DNA of 64,000 bases from Adineta vaga (taxonomy: Eukaryota > Animalia > Rotifera), in assembly GCA_021613535.1 (NCBI GenBank), contig CP075495.1:682001-746000 (forward strand). The letters run 5' to 3'. Below are positions 37,819 through 52,800 of the stretch, piece after piece. The translations under genes were made by a program, and so were the position numbers. The notes under the pieces were generated by a model. It did no database searches and was not told the DNA's origin. It saw only the letters and a list, made by a program, of their open reading frames with translations. Numbering within the stretch: position 1 is the first letter of the stretch; the number at the start of each line of letters is the position of its first letter.

Positions 37819-38218
37819 AAATCACATTTGACAATCCTTCCTTTATCTCCTTGCACTTTTAAAATAAAATAAAAGAATCTACTTCGATATTTTTAAAGAT
37901 GAGACTTGTGTTATTGTTGTTGTTGTTGTTCTATATAAGAATCGAATGAATAATCTTAACACAATTGTCAAATCTCGAAATAAACTCAAGAGAGTTGTAA
38001 TCATATAAAATACATTGAAATTTCGAAGAATAATTAATAGACCACTGGATGACCAAAGAATTTAGAATGAAGCATTTTTATATCTCGATCGAAAAGTTGC
38101 TTTGATTGTTGTTACACATATTTCGTTCTATAAACATTTCAATGATAATTGTAATGGATAACAACCACTTAAGAAACCATCAAATTTCGATGCTTGTGTA
38201 CATTTTGATGAAGTTCCA

Positions 38219-38277
38219 TCTTGAGGGTGTGGATGTGGGTTAAGAGTATAGTCTGATCCACACCCACACCCTCAAGA
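38219..38277. repeat. Best copy of a dispersed mini inverted repeat TCTTGAGGGTGTGG...CCACACCCTCAAGA
   Basis: Related copies or half-copies near 188, 2383, 6177, 10499, 13903, 27471, 28249, 34155, 38386, 40391, 60505 and 62570. Confidence 0.85.
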
Positions 38278-39180
38278 ATGAAAAGTAAAGACAGTTGTGA
38301 ACATAACATGATTGATTTTAATGTCATATTAGCATTTGTTCTCTTATCTTTACATTTTCAGCATGTCGAGGAGAAAAAGAATCATCTTGAGAGTGTGAAT
38401 ATGTGACGATGAGAATATTGACATAAACACATGATCTGTTTTCTATTATTTATGTGCTATTGAACTATCTATTGTAAATGTCTGTTGTTGACCCGCCATC
38501 GCTCTCGAAATACAAGTACTATTTGAGAACATAGAATAGAATTAGGGATCGAATTTATTCATCTTTAAGATGTGTTTCGACACACAATAATTATGTGTTG
38601 CTTTTTATTATTTTGCCTTAAGAAACAAATAACTTATTTTTCTTCTGTCATTCTTTTGTAAAAAAATACCTTAACTCATATTTCATAAGACTGAAGTTAA
38701 AAAAACTCTTCAACGTAGAAAAAAACAACAGTTCCATGATATAAGTTTTTTTGTTACTAAATCAATTTTCTTTAGTAGTTCGTTCTTTTCCTTTTCATTC
38801 AATATTCCTGATTTTATGTTTATATTTTTTCTCTATGTTAAATATTTAATGAAAATACAATGTTTTACATAGATATGATCTACTCTTCTTAATCGAAAGT
38901 TGTTTGAAGCACTGAAGAGATAATTGATTTACTAACAAACGTTTAACAGTAAAAATATGTTTCATAGTTCGACTACTGTGGAGAAACAAAAGCGGAAAAC
39001 AATATCAAAAGTACATAACACAATGCCTAACTTTTTTCCGTAAGAGAGAAAGAAAATCACCCATAAGTGAAGCATAACTGAGAGAAAATGGTTGGCCCAC
39101 AGCTTTTTCTTTTACTGAGGAAAAAGTTTCTCCTACTTGTAAAAAAAAATTCATTTTTTAACTCACACATTCCACTCAAC

Positions 39181-41057
39181 ATGAAATACATAATTGTATT
39201 TTTTTCATTGATTTTCGTTGATCACGTAGTCTTACAAGATATGCGCACACTACGAATGTTGAGAGCAAACGATGTTCGATATCAATGCAATAATCCAGGC
39301 TGTTCATCTTCTATCACGATCTCGATAGCAAACTTGAGAAATTGTCAAATGGTCTGTTTATCTGATATTACTTGTCGTACATTGACATTTGATCAATCTA
39401 CTCATCAATGTATACTTTTCGCTGATATTCCAGGTCAATTTGGTAGTATGCTAGTACAAACAGGAGTTGTCACTATGACGGCCATTGACAATCGACAATT
39501 TTCGGCTCGTAAGTATTGTACTAACAATCTGTTTGGTATTCTCAAAGAGAAAGTGGTTAGTGAGGAGTTGTTGAATCAAAATATCAGTTGAATGAGAATT
39601 TCCTTTGAAGTCGAATTTATTTAAAAGAGAGCAAGATGATGGTATGGTCATCAGGTACTATTTTAGCTGGCTATTCATAAAAAGCATGTAGTGAACCAGA
39701 ACTAATCAGTCCATTCTTCATCGAAGTGAAATTTTGAAATAACATATTATACTTGTTTGTTTTTATTTTTAGCTATGACAACCAGTACTACAACATCAAC
39801 GTAAGTTAGAATGATAGATAATTCAACAGTTGAAATACTGAGACCATGAGAAATTCCAGAATCTATTTTCTTCGTAATATGCACTCGGGTCTGTCATAGA
39901 CATCTATGAAGAAGTGTGACATTTGAGCTATTCGAAAAGAAAAAAATTGATAGGATTTTACTATTTTGTAGATTAGAGTCTCAATAAGTGGAATGTCATC
40001 GAAGTAAGTTGATATCTGACTGATGTTTAATAGAAATCTGTTCTGACTTTTTAATATAAGAATCTTGGATATCAAGAGGAAAACCCAAAAGGTTCTTCGA
40101 ATATTACTGTTACATATAGTGTTTGTTTGTGAAATTATCTTAAGAAGATTTTTTTTCATGTTATTGTTTTTATATATATTCAGGACAACAACAACATCAT
40201 CATCAACTACAAGTTCATCATCCACATCATCCACATCAACAACAACAACAACAACATCATCATCAACTACAACGTCATCAACAACAAGTTCATCATCCAC
40301 ATCAACAACAACAACAACAACAACTACATCACCAACAACCGGTCAGTATTATACTAGATAATTTTTAATATAGATGATTAGTTCGAATGCTGAGGATGTG
40401 AGAGTGGGTGAAGTGAACAAACATATTCTTACTTATACTCAAGCACATTAAATACTGTGTATGAAATTTTCAACATGATAGTCCATTAGAGATTTCATCC
40501 AAAACTCTTTCTATGTAATATTAAAAAAGGTGATTCTACCACTGCGGCCGCAGAGAAAATCTTGTTAAGTTTCCACACGATGGCTGCAACAGCCAAACTT
40601 CAGTATTCTACTCTTTGTCGGTCAATCATTTTCTTATATTTTTATAGCCCTATGCGTGGCGGTAACATATTCCCAATCATTCACACACGCTACTGTCCCA
40701 ACAAGTCAATGTACAGCATGGTCATCATTCGTAGCAAGTTTGACTTGTTCAAATTACTCAAGTCTACGTATATATGGTTCCAACGATCCAACTGGCTTAA
40801 CGATAACTAATCCAACGATGGTCAGTGCTATCGCAGTAGCTTTACGTACTAGTGGTTCATACACGAATCCTTCAAATGGATATACATGGGTAGTTGGTAC
40901 GAGTAGTTGTGGTCTTGAAATCACTACAGCAGGAAGTCTGGGTCAATGTGCTACAGGATACACTCTTAGACCATGCATTAGTAATGAGAATTGGGGTGGT
41001 ATCAACAGTGTAGCATGCAATGCAGCATCACAAACGATGTCACTTACCTTTCAATAA
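39181..41057 (+). CDS. Secreted PAN/Apple-domain protein with Ser/Thr mucin stalk and Cys-containing C-terminal domain, ~4 exons
   Basis: Signal peptide, NCQMVCLSDITCRTLTFDQSTHQCILF (PAN), Thr/Ser exon at about 40183-40341, last exon ...LRPCISNENWGG...SQTMSLTFQ. Confidence 0.8.
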
Positions 41058-41565
41058 AAAAGACGATAATAATTATTTTAAAATAAAATATTTATTTCAC
41101 CATATCCTCTTAGTTAACTCTCACTTTCTACGTAATTTGATTTTTGTTTAAAACATAAACAAATAGAAGACTGACAATAATCAAATTGTTAATATTTCGA
41201 AAAAGTATTTTATACGATAGATGATTACGACCAAATATACATCGCATTGCGTACGTTGATTTAGGTATAATACTATTGTTAAAATATATACTCTACTCAA
41301 ACATAGCTACAGCAGTATTAATCACTTCAAAAAAAAATGATCACACTCGTCCTACGCATACCTAAGAGACTAGCCATAGATATATACTATTATACAAGTT
41401 TGAGAATAAATATTACTAAATTTAGTTTTAATTATCGGAGAACGGGTGAGTAATTTACATGTGCGTGAACTAAATAGACTCTGAGTTTTTAACAAATTTC
41501 TTCCGATATACATATAATGGATTCATTCGATTCAGTTTTCTTCACACTATAAAATAATTACTTTA

Positions 41566-42570
41566 AGCTGGCCTCGTAATCAGACTATATTTGCAATGTT
41601 TCTTAAGTTTCTTAAAATTCATCCTATAATGGACTATATTTTAAGGTTTTTTCCTATACTCCTATATTTTTGAAAAAAATGAGTTTTTGTCAGAGAAGTT
41701 ACGTATTCTTTGAGAAAAGCGTCATTCAGTATGTATACAGAGTGTTCTAAAAGTCTCTTTAAAAAGTTTCCATTAATATATCTTACACCACAAAGCAATT
41801 TTTTTATAGAATATTAGTGCATTATGTCCCAAGTTTTATTTCATATAATTTAGTTTACAACAAATGTTGAAAATTATTACTATCAATTGAACTACATAGA
41901 TTCATCCTGTTTAGAATAAGAATTATTGGATCATTTACAACTTTGGTAGTACGAATCGAATTTTGAAACAAAGAAGGAACGTTATATCAGGTTTGTTTAC
42001 ATCATTTTACAGCTGGAAATCTGTTTTATCATGCATATAAAAATCAAAAGTTTTAACCGAAGATTTATAGTTGCTCCTCAGAAAAGAAGTCGGTTTTCGA
42101 AAAATAATTCATATTCATTTCAAAACTATACAAGACTGAGTATTTTTCAAATAACTTTTATTATAAAAAAAGTAGGGACATAGTTTTCATCTTTGGAAAG
42201 AAGAGATAAAGCTGCATTGAAATATGTATTTCTAATATTTCTGAGAAGTTTTTAAAATATTTTTTTACCTGCTATGTTTTGAAAGGCTATGTTTGTGTTT
42301 CGATTGATAGTAATCATTTTCAACATTTATTGTAAACTAAATTATACGAAATAAAACTTGGGATAATGCACTAATATTCTATGAAAAAAATTGCTTTGTG
42401 GTTTAAGATATATATATTAATGAAAACTTTTTAAAGAGACTTTTGAAACATCCTGTATATTCCATTACATATATTCAAAAAAGGGGCGAGGTCTCTTTGA
42501 CTTAAAAAGTTATTTCATCTATAGAAACCATTGTCCTATATTTTCTCAGATCACCGCTACGAGGCCAGGT
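41566..42570. mobile_element. Older TIR element (CTGGCCTCGTA...TACGAGGCCAG) enclosing the MITE
   Basis: An 11-bp perfect inverted match flanks the region. Confidence 0.5.
41738..42455. mobile_element. Tc1/mariner-type MITE with ~150-bp imperfect TIRs and TA target duplication
   Basis: TA|CAGAGTGTTCTAAAAGTCTCTTTAAAAAG... pairs with ...TTTTTAAAGAGACTTTTGAAACATCCTG|TA. No transposase ORF. Confidence 0.9.
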
Positions 42571-43262
42571 ATCAGTTTTATTTCTATGCATTCCTTTTAT
42601 CGGAGAATGTATTGAAACCATGCGAAATACACTATCTAAATGATCAATTCAAAATGTCTATAGATGTTACTCGTAAAGATTGCTTGATTAGAAATAACAT
42701 CATATTTAAGGATACTAAAAATCCCGTGTGCCGCTTCTTTCAGATAAAGCTCAAGATTTATTGACACAATTATTCGATTTGCTTGTTCGAATTCATATAC
42801 CGAATGTGTTTCTATTACTGAAAATAATTGATTTGCAATGATAATTTATCGAATTAATCTCTAAAAATTATTCAATAAGGAAACTATTTTTCGTTTAGAT
42901 GAGTCTGTAAATACATCAATTCGTAAATGAAATGAAAGATTTGAAAGAAGTAAGCAACATTTTTTAATTCTTCATGATTTATCGATCGTAATAAGAATTA
43001 TTTGATATAACGTAAAGAAATGATGATCTTCTGCTTCAGTATCAAAAACATTCAGCTTTGCTAATCGTTGACAATAGTGACATTTCATCAATTCATTGTA
43101 ATATCTTTTGTGAATATCGAGTGAACGTTTTCTAATCATGAATGTAGTTGTTTTTAGATCTATAGATTTAACATGATAATTTCTACTATTATTTCCTTGA
43201 TGAAATGAGTAGCGTATGTTAAAGTTTATTTATTTGAAAAAAGAAAGAAAGAAAGAAGAAAT

Positions 43263-45110
43263 TTATGTTTTAACACTTGTTTGTTTCTGTTCTTGTGTTG
43301 GTTGATTTCGTAAGAAATTTAAACTAATTAAATCTTGTTTACAACCCGTATGACTTGCAAATGGAGACGATTTCGGTCGAACAAGTAACTGAGAAAGTCC
43401 ACCCTAGAGAAAAAGAAATCAAAATGAGATTCTCTCAAAAGAAGAAAACAACAAACTTGTTGATGCATATGTGAACGAAGATCATTCGGTATTTGAGCAG
43501 CAACACCATTACAATCGGGATGTACAGGACTATTTGGTGAATGAGCAAATGGAGGTTTATCTTTACCAATAAAATTAAATGCCGAAAGACGAGAACGATT
43601 TCTATTGAATAAAACAAATCCAATAATTAAAAACAAATAGAGAAAAATAAATTTCTTACTTGAAATTACTTCCTGAAAGACTTGGTATATCGGATATTCC
43701 ATTATTCGATTTTGATTGTACAAATAAAATATCACCTAGGATAAACAAATCACGATTTTTCTTTGTCAATTCAATTGTATTCCTACTTGATGATTGATCA
43801 TTATTTACTCGATGTGAACTTCGTGCCCATGCAACTGCCTAATACAAAAGTATAAACAACTTTGTTTCATTCTTTGAAAAAAGCATTTCTACTTGTCCAT
43901 TTGGTTTTGCTAAAATAGTGACACATTCGGGTCCTGTTTCCCATCGTCTTTGTTCTTTCCATAGAAATAGATGTGGAGGTTGTGGTTCTATTTCTCTCAA
44001 AGCACCACACCAGACCTTTCGAAAAAGAAAAGAAAGTCGAAAGTATAAATTTGTTTTTTTTTAGATTTACCGTAACAGTTTGTCCAGCTCGAATAATTGT
44101 ATTATATGGAAATCGAAAACGACAAACAGGTGTACAAGCAATATTTTGTTGAAGAAAATGTCCACCGAGATCATAATCATCCGAATTAGAAATATTTAAT
44201 AATCGAAGATATTCACCATTGTTTGGTTCAATTTCATGAATACGAACATTTGATAATGCACTAAATAATTGAATGATTAAGTAAAGAATTAAAAAATTCA
44301 ATCTTACTTTCCCATTTTATAACCAATTGTTGGTTTATTCGTAATTTCTTTATGATGTTGTTTGAATAGATCAGGCATTAAATCAGAACTTTGTCTTTGA
44401 TATGGAATAACAGGTGTAGTAATTTCTTCAAAGGCTTCCGTTGGTTCATTTGAAGATTTATCAGTTGTTTCTTGTTTTTCATCTGTAGAATCTTTCTTTT
44501 CACCTAGAGAAAAACTAACTGATTTGCCTGATTTTATTCGTGAATCCGATCGTTTCAAATTTGATGAACGTTTTTGTAATGCAGAATTTGGTCGTGGATC
44601 AGTCGTCATTGATGTTATTGATGATGAATATAGAGATGATGGATCAGGTGTAGAGTTCATTTGTTGAGAACTTGTACTTAAATTTGTTAATGATTTTGAT
44701 TCAAATTGTTTTGTTGAAGTTGGTGTATAGGAAGAAAAAGAAGGGAGAGGAGGAGACGGTGATTGTTGTTCCTCCTCAACTTGGTCTTCTTCGTCATTCC
44801 ATTGTGTTTCTTCTTCATCATGAATAATTCTATAAAATTTGAAATAAAATAATTCTTTTTTTTTCTTCTAAAAGAAGTCAAAGACATACTCATCTTCATC
44901 TTGTTTATCATTTAAAACCATCTTAATTGTTGTTAATTCTTCGATAATATTTTCATGTGTTTTTGATGCAATTGATATTAATTGTTGCAATTGATCATGT
45001 GTTGCTTTGACTGTTAATAATTTTTCTTCAAGATTATGAACAAAATGAATTAAACGTCGGATAGAATTTTGATCTAATTTATTTGAAAGATTCGTTTCTT
45101 TCATATCCAT
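43263..45110 (-). CDS. Lamin-tail-domain-containing protein (LMNTD-like), ~8 exons; 3' end uncertain
   Basis: Spliced [18 protein letters not shown]...DLGGHFLQQ...[16 protein letters not shown]...[21 protein letters not shown], preceded by a short coiled coil. Confidence 0.8.
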
Positions 45111-45840
45111 CTTGTGTTTCTTCGTTACACGAACAACAATGTTTTAGATGTCGTCGAACGAAAAAAACAAGCAGAATGTGAAGATCTTATTGAATGCAAA
45201 TGCAATCTTACCATACCATTTAGAGTGGATCAATTATTCAACGAGCGTAGAGAAACGAACGCAAGTAAATCAATCACAAGAAAAGAAAGAAAAAAAAATC
45301 TCGATGCTTTGAAATCATTTGTTAAAATAACACTTTACGCGACGATGAAAAAAGGAATCGAACGGTCAAAATATACAGATATTGATGATTGAAGTAACGT
45401 TTCTCTTGTTGTCCTAGTTACACAAGTGATGTCTATATGATTTTCATCAATGCAATAATATAAACATTAACCTTTCTTGTTCATTAGTAGTCTGTTAATT
45501 ACTTATTTTCAACTCTCTATTGTAACTTAGTAATTTCTTTCTGTAACATGCACATATGTTTTGCTTTTAACAGGACGGAAGATGAATAAAGTGTTGATAT
45601 ATAAATTCTTCTCACATTGTTATAACAACTGTTACAATTTCAATTCTTCACATCGTCGAGAGAGAGGGAGAGAGAGAAAGAAAAAAAAAGATTGTCAGAA
45701 TTTTTCAACAAATTAAACATTTTCATCAAAATTTTATTCGTAAAATTATTCAAATTTGATATACCACATTAATTTCTTTTTTTTTTTACAATATTTAAAG
45801 CACAAGCTGACAAATGTTTGATGTAAAAGTATAGTTCATT

Positions 45841-46365
45841 TTAAATACGAAAACCTGATGAAATAAGATTATATTCAATTTGAAGATCAGTTGCAATTGT
45901 TGAAAATAAAGTTGCTTGTTCATTGTAACATAAACGATCAAGAGTATCACAAATTGCATTTCGTCGTCGAAATCGTTTTGATTTACAAAAGTTTCGAAAG
46001 ATTTTCCCATCTTCATCTTTATCATCTTTAAAGTCATTGGTGAAATTTTGATATAGGATAATATTTTGAAGTAATGGACGAAGATGTGATGCTGATTGCC
46101 ACCAATCAAATTCATGTTCATTTGCTGATTGAGCGATATTTTCATTGAATTCAGGTAATAATTGATGAGGACGTAAACGAACACATAAACATTGAATTGA
46201 TGAAGTTAAAGATGGATCCATTGAAGGAAGATTAGATGATTTGTTTTCAATAGGTTTCTCTTCTAGTGAAACACTTCGACGTAAACCAAGTTTTCTTGAA
46301 CGTTGCTGAGGAATGACCGTTGGTGCTAAATATCGCCGAATAGGTTTAACATCTTCAGTTGCCAT
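45841..46365 (-). CDS. Hypothetical 174-aa protein
   Basis: Clean ATG-initiated ORF with protein-like composition; no recognised family. Confidence 0.6.
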   Translation of the reverse strand: MATEDVKPIRRYLAPTVIPQQRSRKLGLRRSVSLEEKPIENKSSNLPSMDPSLTSSIQCLCVRLRPHQLLPEFNENIAQSANEHEFDWWQSASHLRPLLQNIILYQNFTNDFKDDKDEDGKIFRNFCKSKRFRRRNAICDTLDRLCYNEQATLFSTIATDLQIEYNLISSGFRI

Positions 46366-46897
46366 TTAGATTTTGTTAATGAATACAGAACGTTAATTTT
46401 TCTCTTTTTTTCCTGCAAGTGATAAACTAAGTCAACGGAAGATGAGTATATTTGACTGTTCTGATTATGTATATATCGCATGAAAAAGGAGATGTAGAAG
46501 GAAAGATCATGTCTTTTTTTAAATATCATTTATTATATCAACATGATTTCCAACTAGAAATGGAATATTTACTTTTGTATATAAATAACTTTGTTACAAA
46601 GATTGGAAACAATACTGAAATTTGAGTACATTTTTAGAACTACGTCATCTGCATAATATATTTCGTAATACGAAATGATTCAAAATTGTCAACTAAATGG
46701 TAGAAATTGTACTACGAGTCTATTCTTCGAATAATATTCATTTCCTGTTTGATATGTATTGTAATTTTAATCATAAAAATACTTCATGTTGTATAACTAA
46801 ATATCAATTATTTTTCTTAAAGAACACTTCTTGAAAATAGAAAGATATATATATATATATATATTCTCATGTGATTGCTTCAAACAATAAACAAGTC

Positions 46898-49800
46898 ATG
46901 TTTAAAATATACTTGTTTATATCTATACTTATACAAACCATTTCAGGTAACACTCATTGAGAAGATGTTATCGATTATATATTTTTATTTTGAATAGGAA
47001 TATCGTGGAATCAACCAAGATTTTGTGTTAATGCATCGTGGAATTCATCTGGAATGACTTTTGCAGATAATAATACTATTACTGGATTTAAACCTGATTT
47101 TATATTTATTGATAGGAATGATACAATTTATGTCGCAATAGCTGATATGAATTCTGTTTTTATATGGTTCAAAGGAAATTCAAATAACACACGAATTCTT
47201 TCTGGAAATCTCGAAACTCCAAAAAGTCTTTTTGTTAAAGAGAACGGTGATATTTATGTTGAAAATGGTCGTCATCATCAAATCGATAAATGGACAATAA
47301 ATTCATCGATTAGTGTTCCTATCGCAAGTGTCATTAGTCAATGTAATGGATTATTTATTGATCATAATAATAGAATCTATTGTTCAATAAGTGATAATTA
47401 TCAAGTTTTAAAGATATCTCTCATATCTGGAATAAATTTTACTCAAATTGTTGCTGGAAATGGAACACAAGGATCAATATCAACTTTACTTAAATATCCG
47501 AATGGAATTTTTGTTGATGAATATTTTAATTTATATGTTGCCGATTCTGGAAATGATCGAATACAAAAATTTCCACAAGGACAATTGAATGGTACAACTC
47601 TAGTTGGTACTGGTGGATTGGATCCATTTACTCTTCAAAATCCTTTTGGAATTGCTTTTGATGGAAATGGATATTTATATATTGTCGAACGATCTAGTAG
47701 TCGTGTCATTGGATCGGGACCTAATGGTTTTCGATGTATCATTCGATGTTCAGTATCAACTGGTTCAGCATCAAATCAATTATATTATCCATCAAGTCTT
47801 AGTTTTGATAGTACGGGAAATCTTTACGTCGCTGATACAGGAAATCTTCGTATTCAAAAATATCTTTTGAGTACAAATTCTTGTCGTAAGTCATTCAGTT
47901 TATTATTCTTACTAATCATTAAATATTTCTTTAGTTGAAACAACGCCAGTCACATATTCATCTGGTAAGTAATCAAATTCTGTTTTCGACTGATATTGAA
48001 TCGGAAATGAAAAAATATCCTTTCCAAAATAGTTAAGAAACCAATTATCTAGATATTCTATTTATGAGTATGTTTATCAAAAATATTATTTGTAGAGGAA
48101 ACTGAAGAATAAAACATAAGGAAATTGAGTAATTATACTGAAAAATACTTGCTCAATGACATTTTACATTCATATGTACTCTATATCATAGATATATCAT
48201 ACAATCAACCAAAATTGAGTGCAAATGCGACATGGAATTCAAATGGAACAACATTTGCAGATAATAATACAATAGGTGATTATCCATTGAATATCTTTAT
48301 TGATAGAAATGACACTGTCTATGCAGTTACACATGATAAGACTGCAATTCAAATATGGACTAAAGGAAATGTTAATCAATCAAGAATAATTTCGAATATT
48401 TTCACTCAAATTGATGCTATTTTTGTCACTTCAAATGAAGATATATATACTGTTGATGGAATAAATGGACAAATCTTCAAAATATCATCGAATGATATAT
48501 TATATGAAACACTAGTTATTAGTCCTGATGCATGTTTCGGATTATTTATTGATAAAAATAACTATTTTTATTGTTCAGCAAGTTATTCTCATAGAGTTAT
48601 TAAATTATCTCTTAGTAATGTAACAAATTCATGGATAGCTGTTGCAGGAAATGGATCTAATGGGTTAGCTTCAAATATGCTCGATGTGCCAAAAGGAATA
48701 TTCGTAGATGATGATTTCAATTTGTATGTTGCTGATTGGAGAAATGATAGAATTCAATTCTTTCAAACAGAAACATTAAATGGAACAACATTAGCTGGAA
48801 ATGGTGCACCGAATACCATCGCATTGTATGCTCCAACAGATGTTATTCTTGATGCTGATAGAAATATATTCATTACTGATTGGGCTAATCATCGTATTGT
48901 ACGATCTGGACCTAATGGTTTTCAATGTATAATCGGTTGTTATAATCCATACGGTTCAGCTGCGAATCAATTCCGTTATCCAATTAGTTTAGCATTTGAT
49001 CGAATTGGAAATATTTATGTTACTGATAATCAAAATGACAGAATACAAAAATTGATTTTAATAGACAATTCATTTGGTATGTTTAAGTAATATAACCTTC
49101 AGCAATGATATCAATAATTTTGTTTTAGTGGAAACATCATTCTTTAGTACAAGTGAAACATCATTGATGAATAGAGTTGTCACTTCTAAAGACATGACAT
49201 CTCAACAGGTATTGATAATAATTTGATTCAATTATTAAAAATTGTTATAATTTCATGTAGAACCAACATCGATGATGATCACTGAACAATCAAGTACTTA
49301 TTCAATTAATTTTCGAGGTATAATTCTACATCTATATCATTTGAAGATTGCATAACAAATTGTTTTGTTATTTAGGATGTTATTCACCCACAATTACATT
49401 GATTCCAAATGATACATCATTAACAAAACCGATTAGATTTCGTAAAAGTGAAAATTTCTATATTAATTCTATTATTAACTTTAATTGTGATCAATCCGTT
49501 TTATTTACAATACAATGGATATTTATCAATTGTACAGTAACATGTGAAGAAGAAATTCATATAAATTCATCAATGATCACAACTATGAGTGAACTCTACG
49601 TTTCCGCCCGAACTTTTCCTTATGGATTTTATCAATTTAAATCAACTATTCAAACGGCAAATTCCTCCTCATCATCATCATCATCAATTTATATTGAAAT
49701 CATTCGATCAAATATAATTGTCAATCTAATTCAATATGGAACTTCAATAATTACACATAGTATTGATAATGAATTAATCTTGAATCCAGGAAGATATTCA

Positions 49801-52800
49801 ATCGATCCTGATTCAATTAGATTTGATGCAAATGTAAGTATATTTCTCTTCAATTTTATCGAAACGATTGTTTTTTTTTAATCTATAGACTTGGATTTAT
49901 CAATATTATTGTCAAATCGATGCTCATGAACCTTTACTTCTTATTAATTCTTCAAATCATCCATGTTTTTCTAATGCAACAAATTTCTCTTCAATCTCAC
50001 AATCATCATTGATCATTCCTACTGGTTCATTATTTACTAATCGAACATATCGATTTCAAGTTAAATTAATTCATCGCGATAATTCCAATTTACAAGCTAA
50101 TGGTTATCTTTCAGTCATCATTGAAGACAATTCGCTTCCAATGATTCTAATCTCGTAAGTTTTCTTTTATAGAAAAGAATGTCTTCTATAGATTCTTCGA
50201 AATTTAGTTGTATTATTCCAAGAATGTGTTTTTCGAATCTACAATATCAATATATAAACCCAACTACACAATTATCTCTTTTCTCGAGTTGTCAAGGGAA
50301 TTGTTCATCATTGAATAACATTACCTGGAATATTTATCAAGGAAAAATGAATTCTTCAACAAATAATATTCAATGGAATTTGCTATTCGATAATCGAATG
50401 TTTGGTAAGTAAAATCGTATACAATTCAAATTGGAAAAAAAAGTATTGATTTGTAGGAATAAATACCGAATTTGACGGTGATAAATACAATCTTTTCTGA
50501 CTATATAAATATTTCTTATTGGCGTTTTAATGTGATTTATACATTTGAAAGAAAATCAAGTTCAAGTGCATTAGATTTTCTTATCAATCAACCTCCACGT
50601 AATGGTTCTTGTTCAATTGATCCTTTATATGGAACTACAAATACTTTATTTAATATCATCTGTTCAAATTGGTTTGATGAAAATCGTATTACAGATTATT
50701 CATTTTATGGTAAACGAAGATCTTTTCTCTGTAAGAAATTTGATCGTTTGTTTTTGTAGCATCGATAAACAATTCTTCGGAGAAATTTATGTTGGGAACA
50801 ACTTTTTTATCGAATTTACAAGTTTATTTACCGACTAGTATTGATAATACATCATGGATTACAATTATTGTTTATATTCGAGATGAATTAAACGCAGTAG
50901 TTTCAGTAGAATTGCCATCTGTAATGGTTATTCCAGATTGGAATGAAATCAATGAATTTATGAATATGATAAACAATAATAATTCAATTGTTCGATTACT
51001 TGAAAGTGGAAATCAAAATATCATTGCACAAATCATTATTTCAATATCACAAATTATCAATGAAAATGTCGCGACTAGTAAGTTCGATTTTTTTAAATCT
51101 CATATTTAGTTGGTATTCCTCTCACCAATTATTCAATAACACCTTTAGGAATCATCAATTCATCATTATTAACTGATTATCTAAATAATTTGAACAATCA
51201 CGCTACTATTCGTGATTATTTAATACCATACATATCCAATCTTTCTATAACAACTTCTGAAAATATCAAACTTCAATCTTCAATTTTAACTCAATTAACT
51301 AAAATAACCAATGAATTAACTCGAATAACTTCTGTAAAATATCACATTTAAATTTCAATTCGTTTTTATTTTTTTATATTCAATAGATTTCATCATCTAA
51401 TCATTGTTATCAATTATCAATTGCTTTACAATCAATGGCTAATCAGATTTCATATGAAGATGTTCAAACAGCAACTGAATCAATTCTTCAATGTACTGCA
51501 AATACTTTTACCGTAAGAATTTCTTTTTCGCAAACAATTTACAATTTGAATTTCATCGTCTCTACATAGGCGATCAATGGACCATTACAAGAACGAACGA
51601 TGGTATTAAATCTTGATTTTAATCATGCAAATAAGTTTCCGGATGATTATGATACGGATTTAGAAGCCATTTGGTCAAATCCAAGTAGGTTTTTCTGTAG
51701 CAATGATTCTATTTCAGTCCAGAATAGAATGTATTTTTGATTAGATTTCTTTGCAAATGGCGATGATTTTTCAATGGAAACAATTGAAAAGAATCGAAAT
51801 ATTTATTATCAAAAACAGATGGTAAGATTTTCTTTGTAAGAAAACCTTTTTTTTATATTTCTTCTATGAAATCAAAAGGCAAATGAAATTGGTAATAAAT
51901 TTTCTCAAACTTTATCTTCAATTACCAATATTCTTCAACTTCATTTAAATATCGATCAAAAGATTCTTATTAATACCTCATCAATTATTTATTCATTAGA
52001 AAAGATTTCGATCTATTCACTTTCAAATAAATTCATCGAATTATCATCAAATTCACGAATTAAATTTCCATCAACTTTTCAACTATTAACCATCAATGAT
52101 ACTAAATCAATTCTTTTACTTCGAGTATGAAAGATTACAAATATTCTTTAACGATAGAAAAGATATTTCTTTGTTTTAGTCAATTCTTCTACCTCTTGCT
52201 CCATATGGTTATTCGTCATCTGATATGTATATCAATCTTTCCAGATTAGTTTCATTTTCTTTGATGGATTTTAATCAAAATTCGATTGAATTTCTTCCAA
52301 CAATGAATAATTCGATTGAATTTCATATTGAACGAGATAGAAATCCAATAATTCCATCATTGATCAAACAAAATGTAACATCAATGAATTTATCATTAAA
52401 TTATCATTTTATTAATTTAACACGAAGAAATAATTTAAGTATTTCATTTCATTTGGAAATGTATCCAATGACAAACACATCGACATATTTATTTCTTTAT
52501 AAATTTGATCAAATTCCTCAAATAAATTATTTCGATGGATGGTCATTGTTTTGTCCATTAAGTAAATCTTTTTTTCTTTAGTTTTATTTATTAAATTTCA
52601 AATTTATCTTCTATTAGATTTAATTAATGAAACATTTTATAAATATTTTATTGATAATAAACAAATTTCTTCTCATCAATCAATTGTAATCAGTTTACGA
52701 GAATTAAATTCAACGGAAATCAAGGAATTTTGTTTGAATTATTCGATGATTACGAATCCATTGAATCTTTCGAAGTATTCTCAAACATTTTCATCCAATT

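Noticed and set aside
39863-40300. Asp/Val-rich minus-strand ORF
   Set aside because: Antisense of the Thr/Ser mucin exon.
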